This document shows positions 48,218 through 56,441 of a stretch of DNA of 64,000 bases, in pieces. Source of the DNA: Saprospirales bacterium (lineage in GTDB: Bacteria; Bacteroidota; Bacteroidia; Chitinophagales; Saprospiraceae). Positions within the stretch are counted from its first letter, which is position 1. Every line of letters starts with the position of its first letter. The stretch lies in contig JADJYG010000031.1 of the NCBI GenBank assembly GCA_016719895.1, positions 130,288-194,287 on the forward strand, written 5' to 3'. The notes below the pieces were generated by a model. That model had not been told where the DNA came from and did not search any database. It saw only the letters and a list, made by a program, of their open reading frames with translations. Made by a program: the position numbers and the translations under genes.

Positions 48218-49747
48218 ATGTCGCAATATGTTTTTGGCAAAATCCCGCCGCAGGCCCTGCCCCTGGAAGAAGCCGTCCTGGGCGCGCTGATGATTGACCG
48301 GGAAGCGATGAACATTGTCTCGGATTTGCTCACGCCCGAGGCATTTTACACACCCGCACACCAGGCCATCTACCAGGCGATAATGCGGCTACACGACCAG
48401 CAACACCCCGTGGACCTTCTCACCGTGACCGAGGAACTGCGCAAATGCGGCGAGTTGGAGCGCGCGGGTGGCAGTTATTACTTAGTGGAACTGACCAACC
48501 GCGTGGCATCTGCGGCCAACATCGAGTATCATAGCCGCATTATCCAGCAAAAACACATCCAACGGCAGATCATCGCCACCGGCGCCAAAATGGTGAAGGA
48601 CGGCTACGAAGACACCATCGACTGTTTCGCTGCGCTCCAAAATGCGGAGCAGGGTTTATTCGCCATTACCCAAAATACGCTGTCTCGCTCCAGCACCAAG
48701 GTGGCGTCTCTCGCATTTTCAACGTTCAAACAGATTGAACAGAATGCCCTGAAAGCACGAACGGGCGATGGCATCACCGGAAAATCATCCGGCATTGCGG
48801 AAATAGATGCCCTGACCGGCGGCTGGCACGACTCCGACCTGGTGATCCTCGCCGCCCGGCCAGGAATGGGTAAAACCGGATTTGCGCTTTCGGTGGCGAT
48901 AAATGCGGCGAAATGCGGTATTCCCGTCGCATTTTTCAGTTTGGAAATGGCCAATATGCAATTGGTCATGCGCATGATGGCTATGCTGGGCGAGGTTAAC
49001 GGTCAAAAAATGCGGGACGGCAAACTCTCCGATGAGGATTTGATGGTCCTGGCCGGAGCCGCCGAACAGCTGCATAACCTGCCCATCTACCTGGACGATA
49101 CACCCGGCATCAGCATCCCGGAAATGCGGGCCAAATGCAGGCGGCTCAAGCGGCAACACGATATTCAATTGGTCATCGTGGATTACCTGCAACTGATGAC
49201 CCTCACGCCCGGCGGCATGGAAAACAAAAACGCCAACCGCGAGCAGGAAGTGTCCGGTATCAGCCGGGCCTTGAAGGGCCTGGCCAAGGAACTGAACGTG
49301 CCGGTCATCGCATTGTCGCAGTTGAGCCGGGCCGTGGAAACACGCGGTGGCGCCAAGCGCCCGCAACTCTCCGACCTGCGTGACAGCGGCGCGGTGGAGC
49401 AGGATGCGGACATCGTATCGTTCATCTACCGGCCCGAATACTACGGCATTCTGGAGGATGAAGCCGGCGAATCGCTCAAAGGCATTGCCGAGATCATCTT
49501 CGCCAAAAACCGGCACGGCGATACCGATACGGTGAAAGTGAAATTTGAAAAACAGTTCACCCGCTTTTCGACGCTGGAAAACCACCCGCATTTTTTTGCC
49601 CCGGTAGTTGCAAATGCGGGGCATAGACAAAGTGGCACGCCCAATAATCCGGCGAGTTTGGGCGGCGACGCTGCCTTTCCCGACAGCCCGCCGCCCTACG
49701 GCGGGATAAAACCCACCAGCCGCAACGACAAGGACATTCCATTTTAA
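48218..49747 (+). CDS. dnaB: replicative DNA helicase DnaB (element-encoded)
   Basis: Start at the ATG at 48218 (MSQYVFGKIPPQALPLEEAVLGALM). Walker A ARPGMGKTGFALS, Walker B LVIVDYLQLM and SQLSRAVETRGG. Long Bacteroidota-style C-terminal tail ending in PF. Confidence 0.9.
   Translation: MSQYVFGKIPPQALPLEEAVLGALMIDREAMNIVSDLLTPEAFYTPAHQAIYQAIMRLHDQQHPVDLLTVTEELRKCGELERAGGSYYLVELTNRVASAANIEYHSRIIQQKHIQRQIIATGAKMVKDGYEDTIDCFAALQNAEQGLFAITQNTLSRSSTKVASLAFSTFKQIEQNALKARTGDGITGKSSGIAEIDALTGGWHDSDLVILAARPGMGKTGFALSVAINAAKCGIPVAFFSLEMANMQLVMRMMAMLGEVNGQKMRDGKLSDEDLMVLAGAAEQLHNLPIYLDDTPGISIPEMRAKCRRLKRQHDIQLVIVDYLQLMTLTPGGMENKNANREQEVSGISRALKGLAKELNVPVIALSQLSRAVETRGGAKRPQLSDLRDSGAVEQDADIVSFIYRPEYYGILEDEAGESLKGIAEIIFAKNRHGDTDTVKVKFEKQFTRFSTLENHPHFFAPVVANAGHRQSGTPNNPASLGGDAAFPDSPPPYGGIKPTSRNDKDIPF
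49591..49627. repeat. 37-nt T7 + hairpin repeat, copy B (inside the dnaB 3' tail)
   Basis: TTTTTTTGCCCCGGTAGTTGCAAATGCGGGGCATAGA. Stem tgccccg/cggggca with a 13-nt loop. Confidence 0.85.
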
Positions 49748-49760
49748 AACATCCCAAGCT

Positions 49761-50135
49761 ATGACACCACTCCTGGAACAACACCCGGCGGGTCTGCACG
49801 TCGCCCGCGCACATGAAGTGCCGGATTATTCCGGCGCTACAGCGCTAAAACGCCGCATTATCCGGCACAAAGCGCCGCATTTCAATCCAACCAGCCGCAT
49901 TTCCTTGCACATACTGGACTGGATCGGCCGTGCACAACTCAAACCTATCGTGCCCTGCGAATGGCTGCACACAAAAGCCCTCCGACTCGCCTTATGCTGC
50001 AATCCCTACCCCACCGGTCCCTGCGACCGATGGCTGCTGTGCCGGCCCGATGGTGTGGCTTGCTTCACGGCTGCATCCCCGGAAATCGCCCGCCTGCATT
50101 TCTATTCTATCACCGGTAGCCTTCATGCTGCCTAA
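49761..50135 (+). CDS. hypothetical protein
   Basis: 124-aa ORF co-directional with the block. Cys-rich. No family recognised. Confidence 0.4.
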   Translation: MTPLLEQHPAGLHVARAHEVPDYSGATALKRRIIRHKAPHFNPTSRISLHILDWIGRAQLKPIVPCEWLHTKALRLALCCNPYPTGPCDRWLLCRPDGVACFTAASPEIARLHFYSITGSLHAA

Positions 50136-50146
50136 AAATCCCTGCT

Positions 50147-50578
50147 ATGAACAACCATAAAAAATCACCGCGCTACGCCGTGTCCTGGTGGCTTTGGAAC
50201 GGCGAAACCTTTGAACGCCACGACCTTGAAGTGGAAGCTGTGGAGATCGCCAAATGCGGCAAGTACCGCTTTTTTCGAATCGCAAATGCGGTGAATAATC
50301 CAAAGCCCGGCCGCGAATGGCTTATTGCCGAGGGCGGCACCGGATATGTGCTGGCCTACGGTCCGGATGCACAGACGGCGCTCAAAGTGGCGCGTGGGCG
50401 CTTTCAGTTTGAAAAGGAAGGGATTCGGGAAGCGGATGTGACTTGTTTTATTCAGGGGCATTTGAACTCCTTGCAACGACACGTAGGCCACTTACCGCAT
50501 TTCCAACTTCCCGCGCCGCATAAGAACATCACTCCGATCCTTCAAGCGGGAGAAATGCTCCTCGCCCAACTCATCTGA
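50147..50578 (+). CDS. hypothetical protein
   Basis: 143-aa ORF with coding-like composition, tightly packed between neighbouring genes. Confidence 0.5.
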   Translation: MNNHKKSPRYAVSWWLWNGETFERHDLEVEAVEIAKCGKYRFFRIANAVNNPKPGREWLIAEGGTGYVLAYGPDAQTALKVARGRFQFEKEGIREADVTCFIQGHLNSLQRHVGHLPHFQLPAPHKNITPILQAGEMLLAQLI

Positions 50579-50584
50579 ATTATC

Positions 50585-52159
50585 ATGACCTGCATCTCGA
50601 AAAATGCGGCGAAATCGCCGGATTTCCTGCTTATCGACTTGTTTTGCGGCGCCGGCGGTACTTCCACCGGCGCCGAGAAAAGCGGCGTTTGTAAAGTAAT
50701 CGCCGCAATCAACCACGATCCGCTGGCGATTAAAAGTCACGCGGCAAATCACCAGGGCGTATTGCACCTGACCGAAGATATCCTCCAGGCTGACATCACG
50801 CCGATTCAAAATGCGGTCGATTATTGGAAAATGCGGTACCCCGACGCCGCATTGGTATTATGGGCCAGTTTGGAATGCACTAATTTTTCCAATGCAAAGG
50901 GGGGCTTGCCCCGCGATGCGGATTCCCGCGCACTCGCGGACGGCCTTTTCCGGTATATCGACGCATTACAGCCGGATTATCTGCTCATCGAGAACGTGGA
51001 AGAGTTCATGGCTTGGGGGCCTTGTATTCCAAAGGTGATTCAATGCACGGACGGCGACTATTGCCCGCTTCACTTCGACCGGAAAAAAGGCAAAATGCGG
51101 CCCTACCTGGTTCCGGAAAGCCGCAAATCCGGCAAGGACTATGTGCGCTGGGTAAAAAAGGTACAGTCGCTCGGCTACTGCCACGACTGGCGTTTGCTAA
51201 ATGCGGCGAATTTCGGTGGCGTGACCATCCGGGAGCGGTATTTCGGCGCATTTTGGCGGCCTGGCGCCGCATTTTCATGGCCGGAACCTACGCACGTAAA
51301 ACGTCCGGCCAGCGGCAACCTGTTCCGGGAAAAACTGAAACCCTGGAGGCCGGTAGCCGAGGTGCTGGATTTCCCGGATTTGGGCCGCAGCATTTTCGAC
51401 CGCAAAAAGCCGCTGGTGGATCGCACTTTGCGGCGAATTCTGTCGGGTTTGCGGAAATACCATACAAAGCCGTCTGTGATGACCTGCAACTCGCCCGGCT
51501 ATTGTACCGGCGTCGATCAACCGGTGGGCGCCGTCACCACCGCCGGTCATAAGGCGCTGATAACGCCCATGCTGCAATCGTACTTTGGCAACGGACAGTG
51601 TTCGTCGGTCAAACAACCGGCTCCCACCTGCACGACGAAAGACCGCATGGCCTTAGTCAGTCCGATTTCCTGGATAGACCGGAATTTCATCAGCGGGCGC
51701 TCGCAGAGCGTTGCCGAGCCGGCGGGTAGCCTGCTCACGGTGCCGAAGATGAATCTGTGTTCCGCATTCCTGGTCAACCCGCAATTTCAAAGTGCCGGAA
51801 GCCCGGTGAGCGCCCCGGCTCCCACCATCATAGCCCGGCAAAAGTCCTATCCCCTATCCCTGGCTACACCGGTACTGGATGGCCCACCAAAATGGCAGGA
51901 AAATCCCGGCGATTCCCAGGTAATGCGAGAACTAAAGGCATTTATGCGGGCGCATGGCATTGCCGACATTTACATGCGGATGTTGAAAGTGATCGAATTG
52001 AAACGTATCCAGGGCTTTCCCGACCACTATGTTTTATACGGTCCGCAGCATGAGCAAAAGAAATTCATCGGAAATAGCGTCGAGACAGGTGTGGTGAAGG
52101 CCTGGTTTCAGGCGATGTCGGAGGCAAAGCAGGCGGAGCTTCAAAAAGCAGTTGCATAG
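50585..52159 (+). CDS. DNA (cytosine-5)-methyltransferase
   Basis: Motif I DLFCGAGGTSTG; catalytic-Cys variant motif ASLECTNFSNAKGG; ENVEEF; C-terminal QGFPDHYVL and IGNSVETGV. Confidence 0.85.
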   Translation: MTCISKNAAKSPDFLLIDLFCGAGGTSTGAEKSGVCKVIAAINHDPLAIKSHAANHQGVLHLTEDILQADITPIQNAVDYWKMRYPDAALVLWASLECTNFSNAKGGLPRDADSRALADGLFRYIDALQPDYLLIENVEEFMAWGPCIPKVIQCTDGDYCPLHFDRKKGKMRPYLVPESRKSGKDYVRWVKKVQSLGYCHDWRLLNAANFGGVTIRERYFGAFWRPGAAFSWPEPTHVKRPASGNLFREKLKPWRPVAEVLDFPDLGRSIFDRKKPLVDRTLRRILSGLRKYHTKPSVMTCNSPGYCTGVDQPVGAVTTAGHKALITPMLQSYFGNGQCSSVKQPAPTCTTKDRMALVSPISWIDRNFISGRSQSVAEPAGSLLTVPKMNLCSAFLVNPQFQSAGSPVSAPAPTIIARQKSYPLSLATPVLDGPPKWQENPGDSQVMRELKAFMRAHGIADIYMRMLKVIELKRIQGFPDHYVLYGPQHEQKKFIGNSVETGVVKAWFQAMSEAKQAELQKAVA

Positions 52160-52272
52160 GCATTTGATGGGGACTTGGGTATAAACCAGGCATGTATGAT
52201 AAAAACGTAGAAAATAATCAAAAATAATACACATATTTGCAACGAAATTTTAAACCAAAATACACTGCACCC

Positions 52273-52827
52273 ATGAAAAACCTGTTTATCCTTCTGCCCT
52301 TGCTGTGCCTGACCCTATCGCTGAACGCACAGCAACTGCAACCCGCCATCGTTAAAGCCGTCCACGACGGCGACAGTTACAAACTCTCTTTCGCAAATGC
52401 TGAAAAGCCCGATAGCGCCGTTTGGGTGCGTCTCTACGGCGTAGATGCGCCGGAAGTGCGTTTTCCGGGCGTCATCCCCTTCGATCAACCCTACAGCCGC
52501 GCCGCTGCCGACAGCGTTCGCCAACTCATCAAAGGTCAAACGGTGCTGGTCAAGTACCGGTATTCCGATGTGTACAAACGTCCGGTATGTGAAATATTCT
52601 TCACTGTGAAAAATCCGGAGCAGGCGCCCGACACGCTTGATTTGGCGCAGTATATCGTCTCGAAAGGCTGGGCCTGGTACAGGGCGGAGCAGAAAAACAC
52701 GAAGGCGAATAGCTTGATGAAAAAGATTCAGGCGTATGCGAAGGGGCAGAAAGTGGGGCTTTGGGGGGAGAAGGGACGAGCGGTAAGGCCGGACACGTTT
52801 CGGAGGAGGTTTCGGACTAACAACTAA
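52273..52827 (+). CDS. secreted thermonuclease (SNase)-family nuclease
   Basis: Start at the ATG at 52273 with signal peptide MKNLFILLPLLCLTLSLNAQ. SNase motifs VHDGDSYKL and VRLYGVDAPE. Confidence 0.8.
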   Translation: MKNLFILLPLLCLTLSLNAQQLQPAIVKAVHDGDSYKLSFANAEKPDSAVWVRLYGVDAPEVRFPGVIPFDQPYSRAAADSVRQLIKGQTVLVKYRYSDVYKRPVCEIFFTVKNPEQAPDTLDLAQYIVSKGWAWYRAEQKNTKANSLMKKIQAYAKGQKVGLWGEKGRAVRPDTFRRRFRTNN

Positions 52828-53003
52828 AAAATACCTGATACCATTAAATCGGCTATACCACTTGCCCTATGGACGCTGGGCGTGTCATTGATGTATGTAC
52901 ACGCATGCATCAATGACAGGGCAATGTTTACAACTTTTTGTTGTTCAAAATCTTTGAAGCCGTACCTTTACATCGGTTTCAAATTAAATTTACCTCATTT
53001 CCC

Positions 53004-53957
53004 ATGAATGCCCACGAACGTTACTTCGCACGAATCCTATTCAGGAACAAAGTCCTTGAATCAAAGGGCATGGAGTTTCAGCGCTTTTTTGTGGAAGTAA
53101 TGAGTAGTGCCAATCCTAACTTCCGAAATCCAAAACCACATGGAAAAAAAGGAGATGGGAAATGTGACGGCTACGACGTCAAAACAGGGCAGTTTTATCA
53201 AGTATATGCACCGGAAAAGCCGGCAGAGCCAAAGCAAATTACAAAGGCAGCGACTAAACTTAAAGAGGCTTTCGAAGGCTTGCTAAAAGAGTGGGGTACA
53301 TTTACAGAAGTAAAAGAGTTCTTTTTCGTTTACAATGATCTATTTTGGGGAGGTGTATATCCAGAGATTGATAGGCACTTGAGTGAACTACGTGAAAAAC
53401 ATGGAGTCCCATGCTTATTGTTTCTATCTAAAGATTTGTATAAGGTTTTTGAAACATTGGATGCCGATGCAAAGGCCAATTGCCTTCAATGTTTGATCCC
53501 TGAGTCAACAGTCAGTAATTCAATGGTCAGTTTTGAAGCATTAAATGAAGTGATTGAACACATTGTAGCATTGCCTTATATCCCATCCAAACCGGGAAGT
53601 ATCGTGCTTAACCCTGAATTTCTAAGAAAAATCGAATTCAATGCACTAACCCAACCTGTCGCCGATTTATTAAAACGAGGGGCTTACCAAGTTGGCGCAC
53701 TGAATCGCTATTTTGAACTGGATACGGATTTGAAAGTAATTTTGCAGCAAAAATTTTCAGGCCTTTATGAAGAAGGCAAACAAAAAATTACTAGCGCTAG
53801 CCCTGAACAAAGCGACGAGTTGTTTTTTTATATCTTTGAAAAGGCTTGCCCCGAGCACCCGAAGAAGTATTTTGGCGATGCTGTAGAGGTGCTGATGTCT
53901 TATTACTTTGAATGCTGCGATATTTTTGAACCGCCGAAAACCACGCTTTTTGACTGA
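53004..53957 (+). CDS. ABC-3C system effector-type protein (N-terminal restriction-endonuclease-like region plus helical C-terminal domain)
   Basis: 317 aa from the ATG at 53004. The N-terminus EFQRFFVEVM...GKKGDGKCDGYDVKTGQFYQVYAP resembles Mrr-like PD-(D/E)xK cores. First gene of a tightly packed three-gene low-GC cassette. Confidence 0.55.
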   Translation: MNAHERYFARILFRNKVLESKGMEFQRFFVEVMSSANPNFRNPKPHGKKGDGKCDGYDVKTGQFYQVYAPEKPAEPKQITKAATKLKEAFEGLLKEWGTFTEVKEFFFVYNDLFWGGVYPEIDRHLSELREKHGVPCLLFLSKDLYKVFETLDADAKANCLQCLIPESTVSNSMVSFEALNEVIEHIVALPYIPSKPGSIVLNPEFLRKIEFNALTQPVADLLKRGAYQVGALNRYFELDTDLKVILQQKFSGLYEEGKQKITSASPEQSDELFFYIFEKACPEHPKKYFGDAVEVLMSYYFECCDIFEPPKTTLFD

Positions 53958-53959
53958 AC

Positions 53960-54205
53960 ATGATTTTGCCGAATAAACATATTACTGTTTCGCAGTCGAT
54001 CTGGGGCCTCGCGGCTTTTCTGCTGACGTTTTTGGAATCGCCCAAAACGGTGGACGAACTTTGGGCAAAGTTTGAAAAAATAAACGACACCCAGCAATTC
54101 CCGGCAAAACACTCTTTTGAACGGGTCGTGCTGGCGCTCGATTTTTTATACCTGATTGATGCCATTGATGTAACCCAGGAAGGAAAAATTAAACGATGCG
54201 CCTGA
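53960..54205 (+). CDS. ABC-3C middle component (small helical/wHTH-like protein)
   Basis: 81 aa. Starts 2 nt after the upstream stop and overlaps the downstream ATPase gene by 10 nt. Its size and position are typical of ABC-three-component middle components. Confidence 0.55.
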   Translation: MILPNKHITVSQSIWGLAAFLLTFLESPKTVDELWAKFEKINDTQQFPAKHSFERVVLALDFLYLIDAIDVTQEGKIKRCA

Positions 54206-55938
54206 TTGAGCTGACTGCAAATCAAGAGTCTTTTAATACGATCTCGTTTAACCGGACGGGACTGTCTCTGATTTTGGCTTCGCAAAAGGTGGACGACGCT
54301 CAGAAAACGTATAACAGCACAGGCAAGTCGCTTTCCATTGCCTTGACCCATTTTTGTTTAGGTTCTAGTTCGATAAAGCAATTAGAAAAGCACCTGTCGG
54401 GCTGGGAATTCTCCCTGACCTTTGAAATAAACGGCGTGGAATACACGAGCCGTCGGGCAACCGACAATCAAAATCAAATTTTCCTGAACGATACCAAATA
54501 CCGTCTTGGCGACTTCAACGCTTTTTTATTTGATTTGCTTTTTGAGCCGGTAGACGACCTTGATTCCATTTCTTTTCGTTCGTTGATTTCGCGTTTCATA
54601 CGTCCCGGAAGGGGTAGTTACAAAGACGCAACTACATTTATTGATAAAGAGAAAAAACCGTACGCTGAACTGCTTAATAACACCTATCTGCTGGGTTTAG
54701 ACCCTAAACTTGTTTTTGACAAGTACAAACTAAAGAAAGACCTTGAGGAGGCGGAATCTTTTAATAAGCAATTTATCAAAAAGCCTGAATTTCAAAAACT
54801 TGTATCCGACTCGGGTGGCAAAAATATTGACATCAGCATTCGCAATCTCAAAGACGATGCTGAGCGACTTAAACAGGCGTTGGATACATTTGTGGTGGCA
54901 GATGATTACCACCTCATTAAGCAGGAAGCCGATGATTTTGCCCGACTAATTGCGGAACGACAAAATGAAATCACCCGGCTTCAAAATGCCGTTAACAATA
55001 TTGAAACCACACTCGCCCTACGTAAAGATGTCCCCGTTGAAAAAGTACTTCGCTTGTACGAAGAGGCGCGGGTAGAACTGCCTGAAATGTTGAAAAAAAA
55101 CATACAGGAGGTAGAGCAGTTTCACAAGTCATTACTTTCCGACCGCAGTAATCGCCTTACAAAGGAAAAGCAATTGTTTGAAAAGCAAATCCAGCAATTG
55201 ACAACGGAGATTGGCGCATTGGGTGAGCAGCAAGGTAGACGCTTGCAAATGTTGAAAGGTAAGGGCGCATTGGATCAATACATGGCTTTGAGCCAAAAAC
55301 TGTCTGAAACAGAGGAGCGGTTGCAGCGTTATGAACTCTTCCGGGATATTACCACCCAACAGAAAAATAAAATCAATGAGATTCAAATTGGTCTCAAAGC
55401 GGGCAATATCGCGGCTAATAATTATCTAACAGAAACCGCCATGCCCGTTTTAGAGGAAAACATTTCGATGTTTCAATCCATCGTTCGGCAATGCTATGAC
55501 GATAAAAACGCAGGTATTGAAATTGAAAACAACGAAGGCAACAATCAAATCCGTTTCAATATAAATCCCTTCATTGACTCGGATGGCGGCGGCGGTATCA
55601 ATAAGGTCAAGATTTTTTGTTTTGACTGGACACTTTTGCTTGCTCAACACTGTCACAAGGTGAAATTCATCTGGCACGACAGCCTGATTTTTGAAGGCGT
55701 TGATCCGCGCCAGCGCGCTACACTACTCAAATTCGCCTACGAGGAATCAGAAAGACGTGGTTTTCAGTACATCATCGCCCTGAATCAGGACGAATTTGAA
55801 GCCGCCCGAAGAGACCTCGAAAGCCTTAGTCCGGGGTTGCCAGATAAAATCCTGAAACGCAGGGTGTTGGAGTTGACGGATGAGTCGGATGCTAATAAGT
55901 TGTTGGGGGTTTATGTGGAGATGAATTTGATGCGGTAG
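54196..55938 (+). CDS. DUF2326-type ABC ATPase with coiled-coil insert (ABC-3C ATPase)
   Basis: 580 aa. N-terminal degenerate Walker A YNSTGKSLSIALTHFCLG. A roughly 300-aa coiled coil splits the head. C-terminal Walker B/D-loop region FIWHDSLIFEGVD. Confidence 0.7.
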   Translation: MRLIELTANQESFNTISFNRTGLSLILASQKVDDAQKTYNSTGKSLSIALTHFCLGSSSIKQLEKHLSGWEFSLTFEINGVEYTSRRATDNQNQIFLNDTKYRLGDFNAFLFDLLFEPVDDLDSISFRSLISRFIRPGRGSYKDATTFIDKEKKPYAELLNNTYLLGLDPKLVFDKYKLKKDLEEAESFNKQFIKKPEFQKLVSDSGGKNIDISIRNLKDDAERLKQALDTFVVADDYHLIKQEADDFARLIAERQNEITRLQNAVNNIETTLALRKDVPVEKVLRLYEEARVELPEMLKKNIQEVEQFHKSLLSDRSNRLTKEKQLFEKQIQQLTTEIGALGEQQGRRLQMLKGKGALDQYMALSQKLSETEERLQRYELFRDITTQQKNKINEIQIGLKAGNIAANNYLTETAMPVLEENISMFQSIVRQCYDDKNAGIEIENNEGNNQIRFNINPFIDSDGGGGINKVKIFCFDWTLLLAQHCHKVKFIWHDSLIFEGVDPRQRATLLKFAYEESERRGFQYIIALNQDEFEAARRDLESLSPGLPDKILKRRVLELTDESDANKLLGVYVEMNLMR

Positions 55939-55951
55939 GGCAGCGGAGATT

Positions 55952-56017
55952 TGAGATGGTCTAAAAACCGGACACGAAAATTCATAAATTCGTGTCCGGT
56001 TTTTTTAGACCATCTCA
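55952..56017 (+). terminator. rho-independent terminator of the ABC-3C cassette within an extended palindrome
   Basis: Core stem ccggacacgaa (55968-55978) / ttcgtgtccgg (55989-55999), followed by T7 (56000-56006). The outer arms tgagatggtcta / tagaccatctca extend the stem. Confidence 0.7.
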
Positions 56018-56441
56018 GGTTGGTTTGGTTCTCCAGTGTTTATTCCCCCCAGATGATTACGCACCAGGGCATGGCGCGGCGGAGGAATTCGATGTCTGAT
56101 TTTTTGAGAGGGTTAAAGTCGCGGATGTGGTCAAAAAATTGGGCGGTAGCCATAAACCGTTGGATTTTTCGGCTGAAAAATAACAACAAAGGCGAATATA
56201 CAGTACCCGGTAGATAATGGGTATGGCTAAAATGATTTTTGAACAGCCCCCTAATGGTTTGTTACTGCGTCGTACGCCGCTAATATCCGGTACCGCCCTT
56301 CAAACCCGGCAGAAAACATCTATTTAGTTCTGCCGCCACGGGGGGCGGAATTCAATAGCACCCTGGGTTATTTATTTTCCCAAACTGGGTGGGGGAAGGT
56401 GGGGGGGATTCCCCCCAAGGTTGCCGCTAAAATTCCTCATT

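Larger units (their letters stand above)
46232..51274. repeat. dispersed cluster of the 8-mer AAATGCGG (24 exact copies)
   Basis: Forward copies start at 46232, 46649, 46681, 47320, 48198, 48443, 48640, 48901, 48911, 49008, 49122, 49612, 50252, 50284, 50602, 50809, 50829, 51093 and 51199. Reverse copies (CCGCATTT) start at 49586, 49875, 49895, 50495 and 51267. Many one-mismatch variants are also present. Confidence 0.9.

Noticed and set aside
46232-51274. AAATGCGG as the host's own genome-wide Chi or uptake sequence.
   Set aside because: Only about 2 exact copies occur in the 43 kb of flanking chromosomal DNA, about the chance level. A host-wide skewed word would be expected to be enriched there too. 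The idea is kept only as an element-specific hypothesis in the findings.
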